Shown piece after piece: positions 8,432 to 16,424 of a stretch of DNA of 37,323 nucleotides (within the stretch, counting starts at the first letter, position 1; the number at the start of each line of letters is the position of its first letter). The position numbers and the translations under genes were made by a program. The notes under the pieces are model-generated. The model did not search any database and had not been told where the DNA came from. It was given only the letters and a program-made list of their open reading frames with translations. Location of the stretch: IMG/VR virus record IMGVR_UViG_3300032116_000607, positions 1 to 37,323 of that record; one strand, given 5' to 3'. Source of the stretch: a virus. Its lineage: Duplodnaviria; Caudoviricetes.

Positions 8432-9313
8432 ATGACACAGCAGAAAGTGAATTACCCGCTAGACGTGCACAATACATACTGGCCAAGCTACGACGACGCA
8501 GACTCACTAAGGCGCGCTGAGCGGTCCAAGGTGCATCCGTTCATGGCGCAGCTAATCGAGGCACTGCAAGTCAAGCGTCCAAACTGGGAGTTCGAGGCTT
8601 CTGGTTACGGCACTGTTAACCACAGCGGTGAGGTAAACGACATACTTCACTCATCCTTCGACATCTACGACAACGGGGAGAAGCTGGCCAGCATAGACAA
8701 GGAGTTCAAAGGCAACGGGCATGTGTATGCAGTTAAGAACCACCGTCTCGTTGCAGCGCGTGAGCGTGGGCTATGGACAAACCGTAAGAACCTCAAAGAC
8801 ATAACCGCAGTTATACTCAAGAACGTCTACCCACACACAGTCGCAGAGATAGCAGATGCCAAGTACAAGGCGAGCCATAGCTCCGCGCAGAGCGCCAGCT
8901 ACAGGGCTAGACAGCTTCACATCCGTGCGGTTGAGAGGCTGGCAGCGCCAGCGTTAGAGTTTCTATCATCGCAGTGGGACGCGTTTATGGCCGTCCCTAC
9001 GGGCAACCTCCATGTGGACGAAGCCAAAGAAAAGTTCTTTGAGCTACGTGATAACGCAGAAGCAGCCAAGGTGCTTGCAAACAGCCCACACTGGGTGGTG
9101 GTTGAGCGTCCACGAGACTTTATCGTGCAGCCGGTGGGTAAAGAAGCATACGCATGCAGTCTGGAGTCCATGCCTGACCAAGTGAAGATGGCGCTAGGTC
9201 TACTCAAGATGACTGAGAAGGACACGTTGATTAATGACATAGGTGTACGCACCGACGTGGACACTTTCTTTATTTTACACAACCCAGTTGACGTACCACC
9301 CGAAGAGGGATAA
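8432..9313 (+). CDS. Hypothetical phage protein, 293 aa
   Basis: Long ORF with GAAGGAGCAT RBS. Confidence 0.85.
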   Translation: MTQQKVNYPLDVHNTYWPSYDDADSLRRAERSKVHPFMAQLIEALQVKRPNWEFEASGYGTVNHSGEVNDILHSSFDIYDNGEKLASIDKEFKGNGHVYAVKNHRLVAARERGLWTNRKNLKDITAVILKNVYPHTVAEIADAKYKASHSSAQSASYRARQLHIRAVERLAAPALEFLSSQWDAFMAVPTGNLHVDEAKEKFFELRDNAEAAKVLANSPHWVVVERPRDFIVQPVGKEAYACSLESMPDQVKMALGLLKMTEKDTLINDIGVRTDVDTFFILHNPVDVPPEEG

Positions 9314-9338
9314 ACACTCATAAGAAGGAGCAAACAAC

Positions 9339-9641
9339 ATGGCGTCAACGCCAGAGAAAAGAGTCAAAGAAAAAATCGTCAAGGTGTTGAAGGAGGAAGG
9401 AGTTTACTACTTCTTCCCCGCCACCCATGGCTTTGGCCGCAGTGGCGTCCCTGACATAATATGCTGTGTGAACGGTTACTTCTTGGCCATCGAAGTCAAG
9501 GCAGGGACCAACAAGCCAACCGCCCTACAAGTGCGTGAGATTGAAACGATACGCCGGTCTAACGGCGTAGCCGTGGTAGCTAACGACGAGAACTGGGACA
9601 TGGTGCGCGGACTGGTGCACAAGTTGAAGGAGCAGGGGTGA
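9339..9641 (+). CDS. VRR-NUC family nuclease / Holliday junction resolvase-like
   Basis: PE...GVPDIICC...FLAIEVK...PTALQ motif. Confidence 0.88.
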   Translation: MASTPEKRVKEKIVKVLKEEGVYYFFPATHGFGRSGVPDIICCVNGYFLAIEVKAGTNKPTALQVREIETIRRSNGVAVVANDENWDMVRGLVHKLKEQG

Positions 9642-10237
9642 TGGATGTGGAAACCGACACCTGCAAGCAGATAGCCGCCCTAGCGGCTACGCATACCCAA
9701 CGCGAGATAGCTAAACTTGTCGGTATGAGTCGCACAGCGGTATGTAAAAGACTTGTACACATGGGGGTTCGCACACAGAACGCTAGAGGACGCAAGCGTT
9801 TACCTTCCGTGAAGGGTATATGTCCCGCATGCAAGGTAGAGTTTGCGTTAGACTCTAACCAGAGAGACCATATTAAAAAAGGGCAGCAGCCGTGTTGCAG
9901 CAAAGAGTGTTTACGTCAGCACAAAGTAAACTGGGCTACTAGTTACGAGAACTATAGGAGCGGGCCGGAGTCTAATCGCTGGAAACATGGCTACGCGAGT
10001 ATTGAAACACTTAAGAAGGTAATTAGTTATCTAGACGAGCACGGTAACGTGCCGGTTACTGAAATCCGTAATGCAGTAGGTGGATGTACTTATGCTACTG
10101 CGTCAAAGGCAAGGAGGGCGTTGGATATACCGTTACAAACAACCTTTAAGCATGGTTATTATTCCAATGTCGCCATAGAAGCGCGTGATACCATACGGAA
10201 AATCAACAAACTTATTAAAGAAGGAGCAAGAGCATGA
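9638..10237 (+). CDS. HTH + Cys-rich DNA-binding protein
   Basis: QREIAKLVGMSRTAVCKRL HTH; CPAC...CCSKEC; NRWKHG and FKHG motifs. Confidence 0.7.
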   Translation: MMDVETDTCKQIAALAATHTQREIAKLVGMSRTAVCKRLVHMGVRTQNARGRKRLPSVKGICPACKVEFALDSNQRDHIKKGQQPCCSKECLRQHKVNWATSYENYRSGPESNRWKHGYASIETLKKVISYLDEHGNVPVTEIRNAVGGCTYATASKARRALDIPLQTTFKHGYYSNVAIEARDTIRKINKLIKEGARA

Positions 10238-10470
10238 CTACTATTACCGAAATCCGTGACAACCTAATCGAAGTATTCAACGGGCTGCGCGATGGCACTG
10301 TGGATATTAAAGACGCAGTTGAAATCAACAACACCGCTGGCAAAATCATCAACAGTGCCAAGGTGCAAATCGCTTACAGTGCGCTGCGCGGCGAAGCCCC
10401 GAACATACCCTTCCTACAGACAGCCGTGGCACCGAAGCAGAGGGCGCTTAAGAAGGGCCAAAGCAAATGA
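10234..10470 (+). CDS. Hypothetical phage protein, 78 aa
   Basis: AAGGAGCA RBS and ATGA overlap. Confidence 0.8.
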   Translation: MTTITEIRDNLIEVFNGLRDGTVDIKDAVEINNTAGKIINSAKVQIAYSALRGEAPNIPFLQTAVAPKQRALKKGQSK

Positions 10471-10796
10471 CCAAGATTAAAGGCCGAGGCCAGACCGACC
10501 AAGATATTATCCGTGCCATTGGCTACATAACTGACGATAAATATATCGCAGCGTACTACGGTGTGGATGTGAAGCGCGTCAATCACCTACGCAAGGAGGT
10601 GGGCAACCACAAAGCCAAGGTAGCACAGGCTATATACACCAGCCAGAAGAGCGCACCCACAGGAATGAACAGCGACTCCGAGCGTAGGTGGAACGCCAAC
10701 GCAAGGGAAGGTTCGGCTGACTTACTCGCGGCGCTAAATAAGTTCTTCGAGAAGCGACTGCTTGAGAAGGCAGCACTGGAGCGAAGCAATGGATAA
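10467..10796 (+). CDS. Hypothetical protein, possible HTH
   Basis: ATGA overlap; DKYIAAYYGVDVKRV is HTH-like. Confidence 0.7.
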   Translation: MTKIKGRGQTDQDIIRAIGYITDDKYIAAYYGVDVKRVNHLRKEVGNHKAKVAQAIYTSQKSAPTGMNSDSERRWNANAREGSADLLAALNKFFEKRLLEKAALERSNG

Positions 10797-10947
10797 CCCA
10801 CGGTCTCTAGTGCATTTGCATTTACCAAAAGTGTTTTCGTTTCGGATAATGTCAGCGCTCTTTGATAACGGCGATGCGGCAATCGTGTTCTCACTACAGG
10901 TGTGGCGGGGCGGTGTGTCGTTAACGATGATGCTGCAAGCGAAATAG
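10789..10947 (+). CDS. Hypothetical protein, 52 aa
   Basis: GGAG RBS before ATG 10789. Confidence 0.5.
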   Translation: MDNPRSLVHLHLPKVFSFRIMSALFDNGDAAIVFSLQVWRGGVSLTMMLQAK

Positions 10948-10955
10948 GAAAACAC

Positions 10956-11033
10956 ATGACACTAAGGCAGTTCCTGCAGGATAATTTCGGCTGGGATATT
11001 TATGATTGGAATGAAGATGACATCAGGTTCTGA
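10956..11033 (+). CDS. Micro-protein, 25 aa (MTLRQFLQDNFGWDIYDWNEDDIRF)
   Basis: AGGA RBS; fills the gap; not in ORF track. Confidence 0.5.
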   Translation: MTLRQFLQDNFGWDIYDWNEDDIRF

Positions 11034-11217
11034 AGTGCGCAAGTCCAAGTATGGCCTCAACGCGATGGAGGTCGGTGACATCCGCACATTCAATGCACCA
11101 ACCAAGGAAGAGCAGAAGCGTATACGTCGCGCTGCGCATAACCGTAATGCGCGTAGCAAAAAGTACTTCATCACGCGATGCAAGGGCGACGTCCTCTACA
11201 TAACAAGGATACGGTGA
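11017..11217 (+). CDS. Small basic protein, probably nucleic-acid binding
   Basis: KYGLNAMEVGD...RRAAHN...ITRIR; start position uncertain (11002-11017). Confidence 0.65.
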   Translation: MTSGSEVRKSKYGLNAMEVGDIRTFNAPTKEEQKRIRRAAHNRNARSKKYFITRCKGDVLYITRIR

Positions 11218-13037
11218 TGGACATCTTGAACATCGACTTCGAGACCTACTACGACCGCGCCTTCTCGCTCTCCAAGATGACGACGGAGGAGTATATCCGT
11301 GACCCGCAGTTCGAGACCATAGGCGTTGCCGTTAAGCGCAACGAAGAAGAGACTGTATGGTTCACCGGCACCAACGCGCAAACCAAGCGGTGGCTACAAC
11401 AGTGGGACTGGGATAACAGCATAGCTGTGGCTCATAACGCCATGTTCGACATGGCAATCCTTAACTGGCGTTACGACATTCGACCCAAGCGCATCGCAGA
11501 TACCCTGTCTATGCTCCGTGCTATTGATGGACCGCATGCTGGTAACAGCCTAGCCAGAGCAGTTGAGCGTTACGGTCTGGGCGAGAAGGGCGACGAGGTT
11601 ATCAACGCGCTAGGTAAGCGGCGACTGGACTTCACTGACGAGGACATGGCCCGTTATGGTGAGTACTGCATTAACGACGTAGAGCTGACGCAGAAGTTGT
11701 TTACTGTCTTGGCACCGCTCATGCCCGTGTCCGAGCTGCGTCTGATTGACCTGACTATCCGGATGTTCACCGAGCCGGTGCTGGTGTTGGATAAGAGTAT
11801 CTTGGCTGCGCATTTGGATAACGTACAAGCCAAGAAAGAAGAGCTTATGGCTAAGCTTAACTACGACAAGTCCGAGCTGATGAGTAACCCGAAGCTAGCG
11901 GAACTGTTGGAGTTTCATGGTGTGTCACCGCCCATGAAGGTGAGCGCCAAGACAGGTAAGGCAGCATTCGCCTTCGCCAAGAGTGATGAACTGTTCAAGG
12001 CACTGCTCGACCACCCCAATCCACAAGTGCAAGCCATCGTCGCTGCGCGGCTGGGCGTGAAGTCTACACTTGAGGAGACGCGGACCGAGCGGTTCGTAGC
12101 TATTGCTGACCGGGGACTACTACCAGTTCCACTACGCTACTACGCAGCACATACAGGCCGGTGGGGTGGCGACGACAAGGTCAACCTCCAGAACCTACCG
12201 CGCAAGTCACCGCTCAAGAAGTCTATGCGGGCACCAGAAGGCTATGTGTTTATCGACTGTGACTCGTCGCAAATCGAAGCGCGGACCTTGGCGTGGCTAG
12301 CTGGACAGAACGACTTGGTGGATGCCTTCGACAAAGGTGAGGACGTCTATAAGATTATGGCGTCGTCTATCTACGAAGTGCCTATTGATGACGTGACGGA
12401 TGACCAGCGGTTCGTGGGTAAGACCACCATCCTTGGTTGTGGCTACGGCATGGGAAGTAGTAAGTTCCAAGCGCAGCTTAAGACATTCGGTGTAGAGTTG
12501 GACTCAAAAACCTGCGCGCATATTGTGTACAAGTACAGGGACCAGTTTAGCCAGATACCGCTACTGTGGGAGCAAGGGGATAAGGCGTTAGAGGCGCTTA
12601 TGTCCACTAGGACCGCACAACTGGGTGAGCACGAAGCACTGCTAGTAGATATGTTCGGTATCAGGTTACCCAACGGTATGTACCTGCGGTACGATAACTT
12701 ACGCAAGGAGCCAGACAAGAAGTCGGGCCGGGACCAGTTCGTCTACGACGTCAAGAAGGGTCGGGCTACGCTACCTACGTACATATACGGCGGGAAGCTG
12801 ATTGAGAACGTGTGCCAAGCCTTGGCCCGTATCATTATCGGTGAGCAGATGCTGATGATTGCACGACGCTACCGTGTGGTGATGACCGTGCACGACGCCG
12901 TGGGGGTGATTGCCCCCATAGAAGAAGCTGACAAAGCCCGTGCGTTTGTTGAAGTCTGCATGCGCATGCGACCTAAGTGGGCCGCAGCGTTACCGTTGAA
13001 CTGTGAGAGCAAGATAGGAGCAAGTTATGGCGGATGA
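11217..13037 (+). CDS. polA: Family A DNA polymerase with 3'-5' exonuclease
   Basis: ExoI DFET, ExoII HNAMFD, ExoIII YCIND; motif A DSSQIEAR, motif B KTTILGCGYG, motif C VHDA; TGATG coupling gives start 11217. Confidence 0.96.
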   Translation: MDILNIDFETYYDRAFSLSKMTTEEYIRDPQFETIGVAVKRNEEETVWFTGTNAQTKRWLQQWDWDNSIAVAHNAMFDMAILNWRYDIRPKRIADTLSMLRAIDGPHAGNSLARAVERYGLGEKGDEVINALGKRRLDFTDEDMARYGEYCINDVELTQKLFTVLAPLMPVSELRLIDLTIRMFTEPVLVLDKSILAAHLDNVQAKKEELMAKLNYDKSELMSNPKLAELLEFHGVSPPMKVSAKTGKAAFAFAKSDELFKALLDHPNPQVQAIVAARLGVKSTLEETRTERFVAIADRGLLPVPLRYYAAHTGRWGGDDKVNLQNLPRKSPLKKSMRAPEGYVFIDCDSSQIEARTLAWLAGQNDLVDAFDKGEDVYKIMASSIYEVPIDDVTDDQRFVGKTTILGCGYGMGSSKFQAQLKTFGVELDSKTCAHIVYKYRDQFSQIPLLWEQGDKALEALMSTRTAQLGEHEALLVDMFGIRLPNGMYLRYDNLRKEPDKKSGRDQFVYDVKKGRATLPTYIYGGKLIENVCQALARIIIGEQMLMIARRYRVVMTVHDAVGVIAPIEEADKARAFVEVCMRMRPKWAAALPLNCESKIGASYGG

Positions 13038-13458
13038 ACCGCACGACGCAGTCAAGCTGCTACTTGCACGGATGGAGAGTCATCCAGAGGAGTTTAGGCT
13101 TAAAGACCCGTCGTACCATGACCGATGGTATAACCACATGAGCGCTATAAACTCTTACGGAAATGAGGCTGACATAGCTGCACTTGATGCAAAGGTACGT
13201 GATATCCGCATGGCTGAAGTTCACGAGCAAATAATGGAGGAGTTGCTTAACGGCGACGAGCGCCGTGCGCAGGAAGAGAAAGAGAATGAGTATGAGCGGC
13301 ATCTTGCAGCCGCATTGCAGCACACGCAGCAGCAAGCGATGCAGCAGAATATTCAGAACGCCATACTGCGCATCGACAGCATCGGCAACGTCGGGGTTGG
13401 TAATGTAACGCCAAGTACGCAGTTAGGTGGTGTAATATCAATTAACAGAGGAGAATAG
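13027..13458 (+). CDS. Hypothetical protein, 143 aa
   Basis: AGGAGCA RBS. Confidence 0.8.
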   Translation: MADEPHDAVKLLLARMESHPEEFRLKDPSYHDRWYNHMSAINSYGNEADIAALDAKVRDIRMAEVHEQIMEELLNGDERRAQEEKENEYERHLAAALQHTQQQAMQQNIQNAILRIDSIGNVGVGNVTPSTQLGGVISINRGE

Positions 13459-13460
13459 CG

Positions 13461-13646
13461 ATGGAGTACATACTAGCAATAATAAGCGTGTCTGCACTGG
13501 CCTACTTCAGTTACCAGCTTGGTAAAGGTAGCGCAGACGGTAAAATTATTACCATCAAACGTGAGAACGAGCGGCTCAATGCAAAGCTGCACAAACTAAC
13601 AGACCGCGACTCCAAGGGTCGCTTCGTAGGTAACAAGAGCAAGTAA
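13461..13646 (+). CDS. Small membrane-anchored protein
   Basis: N-terminal hydrophobic stretch, short coiled segment, RDSKGRFV tail; GAGGAG RBS. Confidence 0.75.
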   Translation: MEYILAIISVSALAYFSYQLGKGSADGKIITIKRENERLNAKLHKLTDRDSKGRFVGNKSK

Positions 13647-13669
13647 CAACCAAAGAAGGAGTAAGTACC

Positions 13670-14206
13670 ATGAACGTTATGTCTAAAATACGTCCGAACA
13701 CTCGTAAGGAAGAAGTTTTCAATACGCTGGGGCTGCACCCTAACAGCACAACTAAAGAGCTAGCTGCCCTTATGCCCCACCACGCGATAGGCGACATATC
13801 GCATGCGATAAGTTCGATGGCGGGTAAGAACCTAGTATTCGTGACAGGCAAAAAGCGCGAGGAGGGTCCATCGGGTCGGATTACGACGCACAGTGCGTAC
13901 TCCGTAAAGTACAAGAAGGTCGATAAAGATGCGGCACCACAACCAATCCCACGGCCTGAACTGTTTAATTCGCTTATCGAGACGCTGGAAACAGAGATTG
14001 CCGTGCTGACGCAGTGGAAAGAAGCTGCACTACTTCGCTATCCAGACTTAGAAGTAGACCCACTGGTGTTGGAAGCACGGGCACTACTGGCTGCGGAAGC
14101 GGAAGCGCAGGGCAGCATAGCGGCCTCACAAGCTTATATTACCGGTAATAGGGACCACACTGTAGCAGTTCAGGCTTTGGTTAAGGCGTTAGGAGCTAAG
14201 AAATGA
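13670..14206 (+). CDS. Putative winged-HTH protein
   Basis: TTKELAALMP...ISHAISSM...LVFV pattern; AAGGAG RBS. Confidence 0.6.
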   Translation: MNVMSKIRPNTRKEEVFNTLGLHPNSTTKELAALMPHHAIGDISHAISSMAGKNLVFVTGKKREEGPSGRITTHSAYSVKYKKVDKDAAPQPIPRPELFNSLIETLETEIAVLTQWKEAALLRYPDLEVDPLVLEARALLAAEAEAQGSIAASQAYITGNRDHTVAVQALVKALGAKK

Positions 14207-14961
14207 CTGAGGAGAAACGACCGAGCCTGATGATTGCCACCCCCATGTACGGGGGCATGTGCACAGGGCACTATGTGCAAGGTCTACTTATGACCATGAA
14301 CAAGATGCGCGAACTGGGTGTCAACGTGGCATGGTGCCAGATTATGAACGAGAGCCTTATCACACGGGCACGTAATGAACTGGCACGGGTGTTCCTTGAG
14401 AGCGACCATGACTACCTCATGTTCATCGACGCTGACATTGGCTTTGATGCAGAGGCCATCGCGCACCTCATGCTGGCCGACAAGGACATCGCATGCGGCA
14501 TCTACCCGAAGAAGGAAGTGAACTGGGATAGCGTCAACCGCGCTGCCCTTGAAGGTAAGACGGACCTTGCAAACCACGCCGGAGCATTCGTGTTCAACAT
14601 GGTAGGTGGAGCCAATGTGGAGACCGACGAGACAGGCTGCATCGAAGTGCGGCATGGCGGCACAGGCTTCATGCTAATCAAGCGTGGTGTTTTCGAGGCA
14701 CTTGTGCCTCATGTACCAACCTACCGCGTGTCGTCGTTCCAAAACCCAGAGACGGGTGAGTACGACAAGCCGTTGACCCATGAGTTTTTCGCTACCAGCA
14801 TCGACGAGACCGGTGCACTGCTAAGCGAAGATTACCATTTTTGTGAACTGTGGCGCAACCACGGTGGCAAAATACACGCCCACCCGTTCATCAAGCTACA
14901 TCATGTAGGCACGTATGTGTTTGGTGGTGACATCTTGCAGAGCGGCGGCAATCTAAAGTGA
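14203..14961 (+). CDS. GT-A fold glycosyltransferase-like protein
   Basis: IATPMYGG, ITRARN, FIDADI (DxD), GTGFMLI, LSEDY. Confidence 0.85.
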   Translation: MTEEKRPSLMIATPMYGGMCTGHYVQGLLMTMNKMRELGVNVAWCQIMNESLITRARNELARVFLESDHDYLMFIDADIGFDAEAIAHLMLADKDIACGIYPKKEVNWDSVNRAALEGKTDLANHAGAFVFNMVGGANVETDETGCIEVRHGGTGFMLIKRGVFEALVPHVPTYRVSSFQNPETGEYDKPLTHEFFATSIDETGALLSEDYHFCELWRNHGGKIHAHPFIKLHHVGTYVFGGDILQSGGNLK

Positions 14962-14974
14962 AGGAGCAAATGAA

Positions 14975-15457
14975 ATGAGTATGAGAAAGAAAGTCATAGC
15001 AGGGAACGTTATAAAGCTGCTTAAGCAGGGCTATTCGCCCAAGGAAGTTACCCAGCGTATGGCGGTAAGCTACAACTACGCATGGAAGTTGAAGAAAGAT
15101 TTAGAGAAAGCGGCGAAAGAAGCCGTAGCTGAAGTCAAAGAATGGGTCGAAGAGAAAGTCGAACCCAAACCCGAACCCGAAGTCAGTGGGGTGGGTAAGG
15201 TGCTAGACGCAAGGGCGGAACAATATGGTTCGTTCATGCAGTCTTCGGATACGGTTATCAGGATTAAGAGCATTCTACACAATGTGGTGGCTCGTAACGA
15301 AGTGCTCCTATACCCTGACCAGCTACAGGCGTTGGATATGATTGCGACCAAGATAAGTCGCATCGTGCATGGCAACCCAAACCACCTAGATAGCTGGATT
15401 GATATAGCCGGATATGCTACGTTAGTGGCCGACCGTCTCCAAGGGAAAATCAGATAA
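14975..15457 (+). CDS. HTH + DUF6378-like domain protein
   Basis: RAEQYG...KISRI...DSWIDIAGYATL; N-terminal HTH-like segment. Confidence 0.75.
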   Translation: MSMRKKVIAGNVIKLLKQGYSPKEVTQRMAVSYNYAWKLKKDLEKAAKEAVAEVKEWVEEKVEPKPEPEVSGVGKVLDARAEQYGSFMQSSDTVIRIKSILHNVVARNEVLLYPDQLQALDMIATKISRIVHGNPNHLDSWIDIAGYATLVADRLQGKIR

Positions 15458-15458
15458 C

Positions 15459-16130
15459 ATGACAGCGTGGTCCTATAGTAGCATCAAGACCTTCGACCAG
15501 TGTCCGAAGAAGTACTTTCACCTCAAGGTGATTAAGGACGTAAAGGACGACCCCGGCGAAGCAGCTATCTATGGGACCAACGCGCATGAAGCAGCCGAGC
15601 ACTACATCAAGCACGGTACTCCTATACCAGAGAAGTTCAGCATCATGCGGCCCGTCGTGGAAGTGCTGGCCCAGTTTCCGGGCGAGAAGCACACCGAGCT
15701 GAAGCTAGGCGTAAAGAAAACGGGTACTGGCTACGAACCATGCGGCTTCTTCGATAAGGACGTATGGTGGCGCGGCATCGTCGATTTGCTCATCACAAAC
15801 GGCACAACTGCCCACATGGTAGATTACAAGACCGGCAAGAACGCTAAGTATGCGGACATGAAGCAGCTGGACCTGATGGCTGGTGCAGTGTTCGTGCACT
15901 ACCCAGAGATAACCAAGGTTAAGTCGGGGCTGGCGTTTGTGGTGTCCAACGAGTTTCCTAAGAAGACCCACAAGCGTGAGCACTTGGATACGTACCTATC
16001 TGTGTTTGATAATCAGCTAGAACAGCTTGAGGCCAGCATGGATAATGGTGTATGGAACGCAAAGACCAGCCCGTTATGTGGTTGGTGCCCAGTTAAAAGC
16101 TGTGAGCATTGGAAACCACGGAGGCATTGA
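15459..16130 (+). CDS. PD-(D/E)XK exonuclease, Cas4/AddB-like with 4 Cys
   Basis: SYSSIKTFDQCP, GIVDLL, DYKTG, QL, CGWCPVKSC. Confidence 0.9.
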   Translation: MTAWSYSSIKTFDQCPKKYFHLKVIKDVKDDPGEAAIYGTNAHEAAEHYIKHGTPIPEKFSIMRPVVEVLAQFPGEKHTELKLGVKKTGTGYEPCGFFDKDVWWRGIVDLLITNGTTAHMVDYKTGKNAKYADMKQLDLMAGAVFVHYPEITKVKSGLAFVVSNEFPKKTHKREHLDTYLSVFDNQLEQLEASMDNGVWNAKTSPLCGWCPVKSCEHWKPRRH

Positions 16131-16408
16131 TGGCAAGGGATTACAAAGCCGAGTACGATAAATACCACGCTCGCCCAGAGCAGAAGAAGAACCGTGCTTC
16201 GCGCAATGCGGCCCGTGCCAAGATGACTAAAGCCGGTAAGGTGCACAAGGGCGATGGTAAAGACGTTGCCCACGTAAAAGCATTCGACAAAGGTGGTTCC
16301 AATAAGACGGGACTGCGTGTAGAAAGTAAGGCCGCTAATCGGTCGTTCCTCCGTGATAAGAAGGGTAACCTCGTGTCGGAGCGCAGCAAACGGGAACGCA
16401 AGAAGTAA
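16130..16408 (+). CDS. Small basic HNH-like protein
   Basis: GDGKDVAHVK...GGSN...LRVES...NRS; TGATG coupling. Confidence 0.7.
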   Translation: MARDYKAEYDKYHARPEQKKNRASRNAARAKMTKAGKVHKGDGKDVAHVKAFDKGGSNKTGLRVESKAANRSFLRDKKGNLVSERSKRERKK

Positions 16409-16424
16409 CCACGAAGGAGCAATC

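Noticed and set aside
11178-11216. Upstream starts given by the track for polA (11178), also 7491, 16353, 16109 and 19351
   Set aside because: RBS position and stop-start coupling support the downstream starts 11217, 7566, 16425, 16130 and 19381
15459-16130. Cas4 of a CRISPR system
   Set aside because: Stand-alone Cas4-like exonucleases are common in phage replication modules; no cas1/cas2 or array
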